From positions 1 to 64,000 of the IMG/VR virus record IMGVR_UViG_3300046507_000667: a stretch of 64,000 bases of DNA; one strand, written 5' to 3'. The translations under genes were made by a program, and so were the position numbers. Below are positions 38,911 to 47,591 of this stretch, piece after piece (position 1 is the stretch's first letter; each line of letters starts with the position of its first letter). The notes beneath the pieces are model-generated. The model saw only the letters and a program-made list of their open reading frames with translations. It did not search any database and was not told the origin of the DNA.

Positions 38911-39128
38911 TGGCTTGTGGACTTTGTGGTTGTGAAGGCATTCATGCTTGTATCGGTCATAAACCTGCTCCAATGACAGAAGAACAAAAAACTGCTTTAG
39001 ATAGATTATTTAGAAATTTTGATCAAGATCAGCAGATGATTGAAGAATTAACTGTTGAACAACTTACAGCTATTAAAAAGGCATCGGGCATAGATCAAAG
39101 TAATGTAAATAATATTGATCCTTTTTGA
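38910..39128 (+). CDS. small protein with N-terminal Cys/His cluster
   Basis: MACGLCGCEGIHACIGH. Confidence 0.7.
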   Translation: MACGLCGCEGIHACIGHKPAPMTEEQKTALDRLFRNFDQDQQMIEELTVEQLTAIKKASGIDQSNVNNIDPF

Positions 39129-39140
39129 AATAAATATTAC

Positions 39141-39151
39141 AAATATATTAT
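39141..39151 (+). promoter_or_regulatory. early-type promoter AAATATATTAT
   Basis: exact motif upstream of 39199. Confidence 0.65.
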
Positions 39152-39198
39152 TAACTTGATACACTTGTATCTTAACTTCTAATAGATGTGGGAGCTTC

Positions 39199-39927
39199 AT
39201 GGCCACAAGAAAAGAAAAAACAGATGATGAATTGCGTCATTCACTTTTGAATGATATCAATCAGATTCTCAAAAACTATGAAGTATATTCTTATAACCTT
39301 GCTAACGATGTATTTTATGGCAAGTTTGCTGGTTTCAATTTTAAGTATCGTGACTTTGGAACTGAAGGTTTTCTCTCAAGTGTTAATTTCAGTATCACCG
39401 ATGGAAAATCACTCTTCAGTGCACTAAAGACAGTTGATAAAGTACGTATGATTCGTAATGAGAACGATAAGACTGCTGAACCGCAGAATTCCGTTCTTTC
39501 AATTATTGATGATCATTCGAATCCTATTCCGTATCGTGAATCGGATTTCAAGATTAAAGGTGCAGTAGGTTTGTCTCTTAACCTACAAGATGCAACATTA
39601 AGATATAATGATGAAGTAGTAAAAACTGGACAATTGTTTCCAGAAGATATTACTGGAGCCGTGCGAGGTTCAGATAATGATCATTCATTGATCTTTCTGA
39701 ATTTCACAACTGACTCTATCATTATTCGGTCAAGCAAGACGGATCTTGATACCAAACAACCGTTCTTGATTACCGATAAAAAGACCTTCTTGAAGATTAA
39801 GCATGGCAAGAAGGAGGATTACTATTTCGATATTAAATTCCTAGATAATTATACTAAGATTTATATCCGATATGGTACTGATGCACGTATGCTAACATTG
39901 TTTGCAAACGGAATCTTTAAGTTCTAA
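39199..39927 (+). CDS. hypothetical replication protein, possibly sliding-clamp-like
   Basis: 242 aa, weak resemblance to T4 gp45 segments; next to SSB-like gene. Confidence 0.35.
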   Translation: MATRKEKTDDELRHSLLNDINQILKNYEVYSYNLANDVFYGKFAGFNFKYRDFGTEGFLSSVNFSITDGKSLFSALKTVDKVRMIRNENDKTAEPQNSVLSIIDDHSNPIPYRESDFKIKGAVGLSLNLQDATLRYNDEVVKTGQLFPEDITGAVRGSDNDHSLIFLNFTTDSIIIRSSKTDLDTKQPFLITDKKTFLKIKHGKKEDYYFDIKFLDNYTKIYIRYGTDARMLTLFANGIFKF

Positions 39928-39985
39928 AAGAACTATCAGCCTTAAATTCACATCTCTTATCCTAACTAAATAAAGGAAGCCTATC

Positions 39986-40831
39986 ATGGCATTTACAAAA
40001 AAAGGTAGCGGCAACGCCGAAGGTCGTCAATCCCGTCCACAAGCAACATACACAAATGCAGATTTTTCATCATATGATGGTCTGTTTAGTGCATTGAGCT
40101 TTATGCTCATCAATCAAAGCACCACACTTCAACTAGCCCCTATTGATCCAGCAATGATCGGTAAGCAGCCTAAGAAGGGTGAACGTGTCTATGATTATGA
40201 CAATAAGCTTACTGTAATGCTTAATGCTCCATTTGCAATGCAATTGCAAAAGGCATTCGAGTATATTACTGATCCAGAATTGGATGCAGAAGTTACTCAA
40301 ATTACAGTTAGTACTGGCGTCGAAGGTAATTCTCGTGCTGTCACAATCTTCCGTCCGGGTGCAGTAAAGCTAAAGGTTGCTGGTAAGTCAACACAGTTTG
40401 ATGAAAACTATCTCATGAAAATTGAGATCACCAAAGATGGCGATACCACTCGTGCATATCATGTAATGCAGAATTCTGTTATTACATTCGGTATGAAGAA
40501 TGCTGAAGGCGTTAAAAGTGAAGATGAAGTAACAATCGAACACGACATCGAGATTATTAAGCAAGTATGTCAGCGTGTTATTGACACTGCTCTTGGTCTT
40601 TCACGTCATGGCGCTACTCAAGCTGTTCGTATGAATGGTGGTGGTAGCAGCCCAGCCCGTAAGAAGAATGCCTTCCAAGGCGTTGAAGAGGGCGAAGATG
40701 ATGGTGGTAGTGATGGTGGAGACAGCGAAGAAGAAGATGGTAATACTTCTAAGAATGGTAAGAAGCAAGCTGTAAAATCTACTCTTGCTGCTGAATTCGG
40801 TGAAGGTGAAGACGACGATATTCCCTATTAA
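39986..40831 (+). CDS. single-stranded DNA-binding protein-like
   Basis: beta-rich core, Gly/acidic linker, C-terminal EDDDIPY like bacterial SSB DDDIPF. Confidence 0.65.
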   Translation: MAFTKKGSGNAEGRQSRPQATYTNADFSSYDGLFSALSFMLINQSTTLQLAPIDPAMIGKQPKKGERVYDYDNKLTVMLNAPFAMQLQKAFEYITDPELDAEVTQITVSTGVEGNSRAVTIFRPGAVKLKVAGKSTQFDENYLMKIEITKDGDTTRAYHVMQNSVITFGMKNAEGVKSEDEVTIEHDIEIIKQVCQRVIDTALGLSRHGATQAVRMNGGGSSPARKKNAFQGVEEGEDDGGSDGGDSEEEDGNTSKNGKKQAVKSTLAAEFGEGEDDDIPY

Positions 40832-40861
40832 TATTAAATAAAGGGAAGTAGTAAATAACAT

Positions 40862-40892
40862 ACCCCATAAGGTCTTAATGATCTTATGGGGT
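40862..40892 (+). terminator. terminator hairpin
   Basis: ACCCCATAAGGTC...GATCTTATGGGGT followed by T-run. Confidence 0.8.
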
Positions 40893-40931
40893 TTTTGTTT
40901 TACCTTATAATTTTTAAATAAAGGATTGGTT

Positions 40932-41765
40932 GTGCTTAAGCAAACTGACGATAATACGTTTGTCATCAATAATGGTGGTTCAGTACGTAGTAACAATCTG
41001 AGTTTAGCAGGTGCATCATCTAAGAAGACTAAGTTTGTATTGGCAGTAGACTATGATGAAGTCATTGTTAATATCAATCATAAATGGATGCAGAAGCTGT
41101 TGAAAGATGAAGTGATTAGTAATTACTTCTCGCCAGAGCATCGAATTGTAGCTAATCTAGAAGCAAATCTTCGTACAGACTACGATGTATTTAACTGGCT
41201 TGGTATCAAGCATGGCGCTCCAGAATTTGAACGTGGAATGAGTTTGTATTTTAATGATCCTAAGTTCTATAGTAAGCTAAAGCCAACTAAGTACTTTGAA
41301 TCGATTTATCAAGCTCGTCACTTCTTTAGTGAAATTCATATCATTACTAAATGTGGTGAAGATCTTGATGCACCATGTAATATTGATAAGAAGCGCCAGA
41401 TGGCTTTCCTATTCCGTAATTTTGACGGAATTAAGCTAGGTTTTCACTTCATCAAGAGTTCAGAATCTAAAGCACAATATTTCAAGCAAAAAGGTATTAA
41501 GTTTGATTCCTTTGTGGATGATGCACAATCCAATATGCTTGACATGATCAATGTATTCAAAGATGAATTTAATTTTGAAGCATTGATGCCATTGTATTGC
41601 TATAACTTCCTGACTCCTCAGAAGATTGATCCTGCATGGATTCATGATGGTCGAAACCAATTCCGGTTCTTCCATAATCTTGAGAGTTTGAATACTCAGC
41701 AAATGGGTCAAATTGTTAAAGAACTAGAAGCAAAACAGGCTGAACAGATGCTTGTAGCGGCATAA
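40932..41765 (+). CDS. HAD-superfamily 5'(3')-deoxyribonucleotidase (NT5C-like)
   Basis: VLAVDYDEVI (DxD), IHIITK, FVDD motifs; GTG start after AAGGA. Confidence 0.75.
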   Translation: MLKQTDDNTFVINNGGSVRSNNLSLAGASSKKTKFVLAVDYDEVIVNINHKWMQKLLKDEVISNYFSPEHRIVANLEANLRTDYDVFNWLGIKHGAPEFERGMSLYFNDPKFYSKLKPTKYFESIYQARHFFSEIHIITKCGEDLDAPCNIDKKRQMAFLFRNFDGIKLGFHFIKSSESKAQYFKQKGIKFDSFVDDAQSNMLDMINVFKDEFNFEALMPLYCYNFLTPQKIDPAWIHDGRNQFRFFHNLESLNTQQMGQIVKELEAKQAEQMLVAA

Positions 41766-41775
41766 AAATTGTCAT

Positions 41776-41815
41776 GGGCTAATGGGAGAAATTCCATTAG
41801 CCCAACAATCTTTTA
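41776..41815 (+). promoter_or_regulatory. hairpin 41776-41803 immediately followed by late-type promoter 41804-41815
   Basis: GGGCTAATGG...CCATTAGCCC then AACA ATCTTT TA. Confidence 0.65.
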
Positions 41816-41855
41816 GACAGTCTTTTTTTTTTGCTTCGTTAAAGGAACACATGAA

Positions 41856-43244
41856 ATGAATTTAGATGTGTTAAATATTGACGACTTTATTAAGGTTAAT
41901 GGGATTAAGCAAGTATCTTCACCATTTATCTTTGCTGCAGATAAAACACCTGATCCAGAAGGTATCTTCTCATATGATATTTTTGGTCGAGTTGGTTCTG
42001 TAGCTCGTAAAGTCAATTATGGTTATGTGGATCTTAAACGAGAGTTTATTCATCCATTCGTATACAATATCTTGCAATCAGTTTATCGTAATCTTCCTCT
42101 GATTATTTCAGGTGATAAATACGTTAAACTTGGTCCAGATGGTACCATTCTCAATGCTAAGGACGATGATCCTGAAGGTCAGACAGGTATTGACTTTATT
42201 ATTGATAATTGGGAAAAGATTTCTTGGGAATCAAAATCTTCTACAGCTAGTCGTGAAAAGAAGTTAGCTATTCTTAGTGATTTTTCACGCAGTGAAATCT
42301 TCGTTACTAAGTGGCTAATTATTCCTGCAATGTATCGTGATATTAATTTACATTCACAAGATACAGGCAAGATTAGTATGGATGAAGTTAATTCATTTTA
42401 TAATAAGTTAATTAATCTTACAAATTCTGAATCAATTACTTTTGCTTCAAGTACTAATACTCAGTCTGCAGTGCAGATGAATCTAGTAGATATTCATAAC
42501 TATTTAACAAAGAAACTTTCAGGTAAGCGTGGTGTTATTCGTCAAGCTGTTATGGGTAAGACTATTGACCATGCAGCAACAAACGTTATTTCTGCACCAA
42601 GGTTCAATGATGAACACTATAAGAATCAGCTAGTACCTTATAACTATATTGGAATTCCATTGTATGTTATTTGTGCTACATTCTATCCATATTTCTTAAA
42701 ATGGATGGAAGATTATTTTTATGGTATTGAACAAAATGCTGAATTCGTATTCGGTGGTCAAGTATATGACTCCAGTATGGCCGCTAATGTAGTCAATTCA
42801 GAATCTATCCGTAAATTGATTACTGCTTACGTTAAAGATAAGACAAAACGTATTCGTACTGCACCATTTTCACTTAATAAGACAAATAGAAAGCTACAGT
42901 TCCGTGATGCTATTATTAATTTCCGTGACTATACTCTAACTGATCTTTTATTTGAAGCTGCAGAGCAAATTGTTAGTAATAAGTTAGTCCTTAGTACTCG
43001 TTATCCTGTTACTGGTTCAGAATCTATTATTATGAACAAAGTACGGATTTTAACTACAGAAGAAACTATTGATATGACACCAAGGCTTCGTACCCTTAGT
43101 GAATCAGCTAAGTTTCAATATAGTAAGTATCCAAGCTTCCCATATGATAGTACTGGCGCGGTTATTGCAGATCATGTACGTTGGATTGATTCCCTAGTAC
43201 CAAATAACTCCTTCCTAGCTGGTATGGGTGGTGACTATGACGGT
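41856..43244 (+). CDS. rpoC: phage RNA polymerase beta' subunit, N-terminal/catalytic part, exon 1
   Basis: PDPEGIFSYDIFG, GKRGVIRQAVMGK, RYP; ends GGDYDG; 515 aa spliced. Confidence 0.92.
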
Positions 43245-43290
43245 AGTTTTGCAATAAATTTATAGATTGTGCTAAAATGGGTGGTGATTA

Positions 43291-43302
43291 AACAAAATCA
43301 TA
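43291..43302 (+). promoter_or_regulatory. intron-internal late-type promoter
   Basis: AACA AAATCA TA, 16 nt before ATG 43319. Confidence 0.6.
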
Positions 43303-43318
43303 ATTTGTATATAGGATT

Positions 43319-44290
43319 ATGATTATGGCAAAAGCACTAACTCTAGCTGAATTTCAAGAAAGGATTTCAGCAAAATATGACAATGAGTATTCATTAATTT
43401 TCTTCAAAGCACTAGCAGTTAGAGCTCCTATCATTCTTAGACATAGTTGTGGACATGAATTTGAATCTACTTTTCAATCATTTGTAAATGATTCTAAAGG
43501 TAAATGCAAAGTATGCTATTTACAAACTAGTAAAGGAAGACAAAAAGCTCTTACTGAAGATGAGTTAATAAAAAGGCTTATTAATACTGAATATAACTAT
43601 ATATCAGGATTTATTAATACTAAGAAGAAAGCTTTATTTAGACATAGCTGCGGACATGAATTTGAATCTCTACCAAGAGATATTTATAGTAATAAGTCAG
43701 GCTGTCCAAAATGTGCTAATAAAAATAGAGGTAAATATCAAGTTAATAAAAATTATTTAGAATTACTACTATCTGTTGAAGATGGTAATGAATATAAATG
43801 GTTAGATAAGTTTAGGGATAATAAAACACTTACGCTTATTAAACACTTAACTTGCAATAATGAATATAAAGTTCGTCCAAATGATTTTCAACAAGGTTAT
43901 CGTTGTCCATTTTGTTCTGAAAAATTTCCTACAGAATCAAAAAGTGTTAAGCACATAATAAAACGTCTTACCGAATTAAATATTTCTTTCGCTAGAGAAT
44001 TTACTGATTCTAGATGTCGTTTTAAAAATGTGCTTAGATTTGATTTTGCTATTGATTTACCAGATAGCAGGAAACTTTTAATAGAATTTGATGGTAAATA
44101 ACATTTTCATCCCTTAATTAATGAAGATGTATTTGAACTTCAAATTGAAAGAGATTTAGTTAAGAATCAGTTTTGTAAAATATACTCTAAGGAGTATGTA
44201 TTAGAAAGAATTTCTTATAAAGAAAATGTAGAAGATAAATTAGTTGAAATATTATTAAAACACAATCTTGTAGAGTATTGCCGTCATTAA
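43319..44290 (+). pseudogene. intron homing endonuclease (3 zinc-ribbon repeats + Vsr/DUF559-like domain) with premature TAA at 44099-44101
   Basis: IEFDGK*HF versus IEFDGKQHF in the portal-intron paralog; frame continues 62 codons (RD..KNQFC...ERISY) to TAA 44290. Confidence 0.8.
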
Positions 44291-44475
44291 ACTCTCTTAA
44301 TTGCTGGAAACCCTTAAATGGCAATCAGCAGCGAATCTTTTTATGAAGAACGTTCAACGACTATTATGTACTTATCAAATGATAAGGAAACAGAGAGCAT
44401 CGAAAGATGAAGATATAGTCTGGTCTTATATGAAAATATAAGTATGATAGTGTAATAAACTATCGCAACACTAAG

Positions 44476-44634
44476 GATACATTCCGTATTATTGGCCTAT
44501 TCACTCAAGAAGCTAATGATGAAGCTAAAGGTATTATGGAATCACCATTAAATTTCATTGACCCATCAGGCAGTTTAATGCGTGGTGTAGGTCGTGAAGC
44601 AGGTCTAGCTTTATATATGCTTACAAAGAAATAA
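44476..44634 (+). CDS. rpoC: RNAP beta' N-terminal subunit, exon 2 (DTFRIIGLFTQEANDEAK...)
   Basis: supplies third Asp of DYDGD; 52 aa, below ORF-track cutoff. Confidence 0.9.
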   Translation, partial: DTFRIIGLFTQEANDEAKGIMESPLNFIDPSGSLMRGVGREAGLALYMLTKK

Positions 44635-44639
44635 AGATT

Positions 44640-44669
44640 TCCCTAACCTTCTGAAAAGAGGGTTAGGGA
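44640..44669 (+). terminator. terminator, CCCTAACC family
   Basis: TCCCTAACC...GGTTAGGGA. Confidence 0.8.
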
Positions 44670-44688
44670 GTATCTATAGCCTTCATGC

Positions 44689-44699
44689 AAATATATTAT
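44689..44699 (+). promoter_or_regulatory. early-type promoter AAATATATTAT
   Basis: exact motif. Confidence 0.65.
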
Positions 44700-44747
44700 A
44701 TTAGTGTAGGATTGTATAACACAAATTGATTATAATAGGATTAGATT

Positions 44748-45044
44748 ATGCCTAAGAAGACAAAGGCATCTGCTCCGTTAGTTATGGGCAATCCCCTTAA
44801 ATTCTATAGCGACGATATCTATCTTGAAAAATATGAGCAAACTTTACTTCCAAGATTAATTCAAGGTTTCAATAATTATGGTGAAGCATTAAAAGCGCAT
44901 TCTGAAATTTCAGGAGCTATGATTGTAGCAATTTTTGATAATAATGGTAAAGTATCAGCAAAACCGGTAGCTGGTCATTGTCATAAATTTCCTTATTTCA
45001 GAGAGTATGCTTTGCTTATGTTGGAACCAAGCCAGTCATTGTAG
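44748..45044 (+). CDS. hypothetical protein
   Basis: 98 aa, AGGA SD. Confidence 0.7.
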   Translation: MPKKTKASAPLVMGNPLKFYSDDIYLEKYEQTLLPRLIQGFNNYGEALKAHSEISGAMIVAIFDNNGKVSAKPVAGHCHKFPYFREYALLMLEPSQSL

Positions 45045-45140
45045 TAAATTAGGCTAAAAAATATAAATATTCAGTGAATAGGCATTTGGGGGCTTCTTCA
45101 TGTCTAGCACTAACCATTTTTGTATCTTGGGGTAAGCCAA

Positions 45141-45707
45141 ATGGTGAGACCTATTTCATCTCTTTCATGGAAGGCGAAACTTGAACTGTTAAAGTCTAGA
45201 CTCCATGTAACAAACAGGCAGTTGTCGAAGATTCTTGACGTTCAGTCCAATCTGCTGGAGAAGTATTATATGAGTATTACTCCAACGGAAGAGGTAGGTC
45301 TTAAGATTGATGAAGCGCTAAAAACCTTTCACAAGGACTATCGCAAGGTCAATCTGATTGTAATACATGAATCTTATATGGCACGTGAAGATCTTGACGA
45401 TCTAATGCGCCAAGTTCACAGAGAAGGATTGCTCAATGAATATCATATAATTTCTTCCTCCAAAGAAGAAATGAAAGATGAAGCAATTGTGAACAACACA
45501 GGTGACATTCGTATTCGAATTCATCGTGATCCAGATCTGAACCAACGTCAAGTTGATCAGTATTTTGCGATTATTGTGATGAATATGATATGCCGCATTC
45601 AACCTCAGAATGTGGGATCTGTGTCCATCCTTGCCGATGCCAAGCAATTTCGTCCTTTGTGTGAATTTATATCAAAGGACTATGGTATCACCTGCTCGTT
45701 CGTTTAA
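45141..45707 (+). CDS. HTH-domain protein with NYN/PIN-like C-terminal domain
   Basis: VTNRQLSKILDVQSNLLEKY (Xre-like HTH); QVDQYF...VSILADAKQFRPL. Confidence 0.5.
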   Translation: MVRPISSLSWKAKLELLKSRLHVTNRQLSKILDVQSNLLEKYYMSITPTEEVGLKIDEALKTFHKDYRKVNLIVIHESYMAREDLDDLMRQVHREGLLNEYHIISSSKEEMKDEAIVNNTGDIRIRIHRDPDLNQRQVDQYFAIIVMNMICRIQPQNVGSVSILADAKQFRPLCEFISKDYGITCSFV

Positions 45708-45885
45708 TGGATAACTATGTCTCAAACCAGTAATGGTAAGGGGCATAGTTATTCAATTTCTTTTTTGTGAATATATTATCTTTGTGAAAGAAAATCTTAA
45801 TATAAATAAAGAACTTCTAGGAAAATAATTTTTTCACCTATAGTTTCTAATCCATGTTATAATAACGGTTCTGAGTGTTATTTTT

Positions 45886-45897
45886 AACATAAACTTA
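45886..45897 (+). promoter_or_regulatory. late-type promoter AACA-N6-TA
   Basis: AACA TAAACT TA upstream of beta subunit. Confidence 0.7.
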
Positions 45898-45926
45898 GAC
45901 CTAATCAATAAGGAACGGACATTAAT

Positions 45927-47435
45927 ATGCCAATTGGATCGATTCAAAGTGCATTGGTTTCAGCATTCCAAGACGAAAATCCTGAAACTTTTAATGAAGA
46001 CCTCATCTATATGCGCCATAAAGAACGCGCATCATTGCATGACTACTTCAAAGATGTATTTGCATCACTGAAGCTTCAAGGTATTACATATCTTGAAAGT
46101 CGCACTATTACTGATGAATCTGAATTCGAGAAGTATGTACCAAAGCGTACAAAGGCAATTGAAGAAAATCGGATGGACTTGATTGAAGCTAAGTTCCTCC
46201 TTGAATTTGAAGGTGAAAAGAAGGAAACATCAATCCATCTTTTCTTCCCTAAGCTAGTAGATGATTTCTTCTTTTATATCAATGGTAATCGCTACTTTGC
46301 TATTTATCAGATTTCAGATCGTAACTTTTATTCAACTCGTACAGGTCTCTTCCTTAAGACTCTATTGATGCCTTTGGGTCTTCAGTTTAGGAAGTCTGAA
46401 TTTGAGACTCTTGAAGGTACTCATTATGAAGGTAAAGAATATGTGCTAGACTTCTTCAAGACAAAGTTCCAAAACTTTGATGCATTGAAGAATATGTTCT
46501 ATTACTTCTTCATTAAGTTTGGAGTAACAGAAGCAATTGATATGATCTTTGAAAATACTGAAGATTTTACCAAGGTAGCATTGGTAGATGATGCAGATGA
46601 AATTGAAGGTTATGAAACAATTGAACTCCGTAAAGATCTATTCATCAAGTTCTATAGCAATCCAGGACAGAATGAGCAGAACTATATTAATCTGGTTGCA
46701 ACACTAGTAGCTGCTCTTAAAGGTATTCGTAAGACATCTATTACAGATAATGAAGACTATTGGAAGCGTAAGATCCTTAATAGCCCTACAGCAAAGCTTA
46801 CTAAAGCTGACAAAGCACTTATTAGTCTTGAACGTGTTCTTGATGAACGCACTAAGCGGAATCTTAAGGAAGTTACTGATCCAGCATACAAGCAAGATGT
46901 ATATGGCTTGATTCGTTGGATGACTTATAACTTTGAGAATCTTTATAATATTGATACAGTCGATATCTACAATCGTCGTCTGCGTCTATATGAATACATG
47001 CTGTATCCTCTGCTAATTAAGTTTTCAGATGCATCATATCGTATTCTTAATAGTCGTAACCTTGATTTGAAACGTTTAGAAACGGTATTTTCTAATATCG
47101 GCCCTATGTTCATCATTAAACGTTTGATTACTAACGAACTTTTCCGTTATAATAATGCTACGTCAAGTCTTGAACTATTCAGTGCGGCACTTCGTTGGAG
47201 TTCAAGAGGTTCTCAGTCTCTTGGTTCGTCTGGTGGTAGTATTACCATCAAGTATCGTGCTGTCCATCCTTCTTACCTTGGTGTCGTTAGCCTTAATGCA
47301 GCAAGTGCATCAGATCCTGGGATGACAGGTACTTTGGTACCAATGTCAAAGAATGTTGATACCATGTTCTTTGAACCAGATGCTCCTCAAGATATTTATA
47401 GCCATTCAGTAGATGCGATGTTGGGAGTTGAGTAA
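45927..47435 (+). CDS. rpoB: phage RNA polymerase beta subunit, N-terminal part
   Basis: FFYINGNRYFAIYQI, YRAVHPSYLGVVSLNAASASDPGMTG (beta fork-loop region). Confidence 0.88.
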   Translation: MPIGSIQSALVSAFQDENPETFNEDLIYMRHKERASLHDYFKDVFASLKLQGITYLESRTITDESEFEKYVPKRTKAIEENRMDLIEAKFLLEFEGEKKETSIHLFFPKLVDDFFFYINGNRYFAIYQISDRNFYSTRTGLFLKTLLMPLGLQFRKSEFETLEGTHYEGKEYVLDFFKTKFQNFDALKNMFYYFFIKFGVTEAIDMIFENTEDFTKVALVDDADEIEGYETIELRKDLFIKFYSNPGQNEQNYINLVATLVAALKGIRKTSITDNEDYWKRKILNSPTAKLTKADKALISLERVLDERTKRNLKEVTDPAYKQDVYGLIRWMTYNFENLYNIDTVDIYNRRLRLYEYMLYPLLIKFSDASYRILNSRNLDLKRLETVFSNIGPMFIIKRLITNELFRYNNATSSLELFSAALRWSSRGSQSLGSSGGSITIKYRAVHPSYLGVVSLNAASASDPGMTGTLVPMSKNVDTMFFEPDAPQDIYSHSVDAMLGVE

Positions 47436-47444
47436 CATTTAGAT

Positions 47445-47560
47445 AGTTGTGCTTTCCGTCTGATGCTAATTCAAAGTAATTTAGCTAAGAATGTGGCGGC
47501 GCACTCTATCCTCCTAAGTATTTCTCAAAATCCCTTAACCCTAAAAGGTTAAGGGATTTT
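47445..47560 (+). ncRNA. candidate small RNA or structured leader between a late-type promoter (47434-47445) and a terminator (47531-47556)
   Basis: nested stems GTGC/GCAC, CCGTC/GGCGG, GCTAATT/AATTTAGC. Confidence 0.4.
47531..47556 (+). terminator. terminator hairpin
   Basis: TCCCTTAACC...GGTTAAGGGA followed by T-run. Confidence 0.8.
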
Positions 47561-47591
47561 TGTTTACATCTATTTTTTATAGGATTTTAAG

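Larger units (their letters stand above)
43245..44475 (+). mobile_element. group I self-splicing intron (1231 nt) splitting the RNAP catalytic DYDG/D motif
   Basis: AATTGCTGGAAA, AATCAGCAG, GTTCAACGACTA, AAGATATAGTCT; IGS GCCGTCA 44280-86 pairs exon TGACGGT; P10 GTATT pairs GATAC; terminal G at 44475. Confidence 0.95.

Noticed and set aside
44099-44101. Stop-codon reassignment (TAA read as Gln) as a genome-wide alternative code
   Set aside because: TAA, TAG and TGA all terminate intact genes throughout the window; this is the only such internal stop seen
47458-47500. CTGATG followed by a stem, suggesting a hammerhead ribozyme
   Set aside because: Core reads CTGATGC rather than CTGATGA, and no GAAA follows the stem
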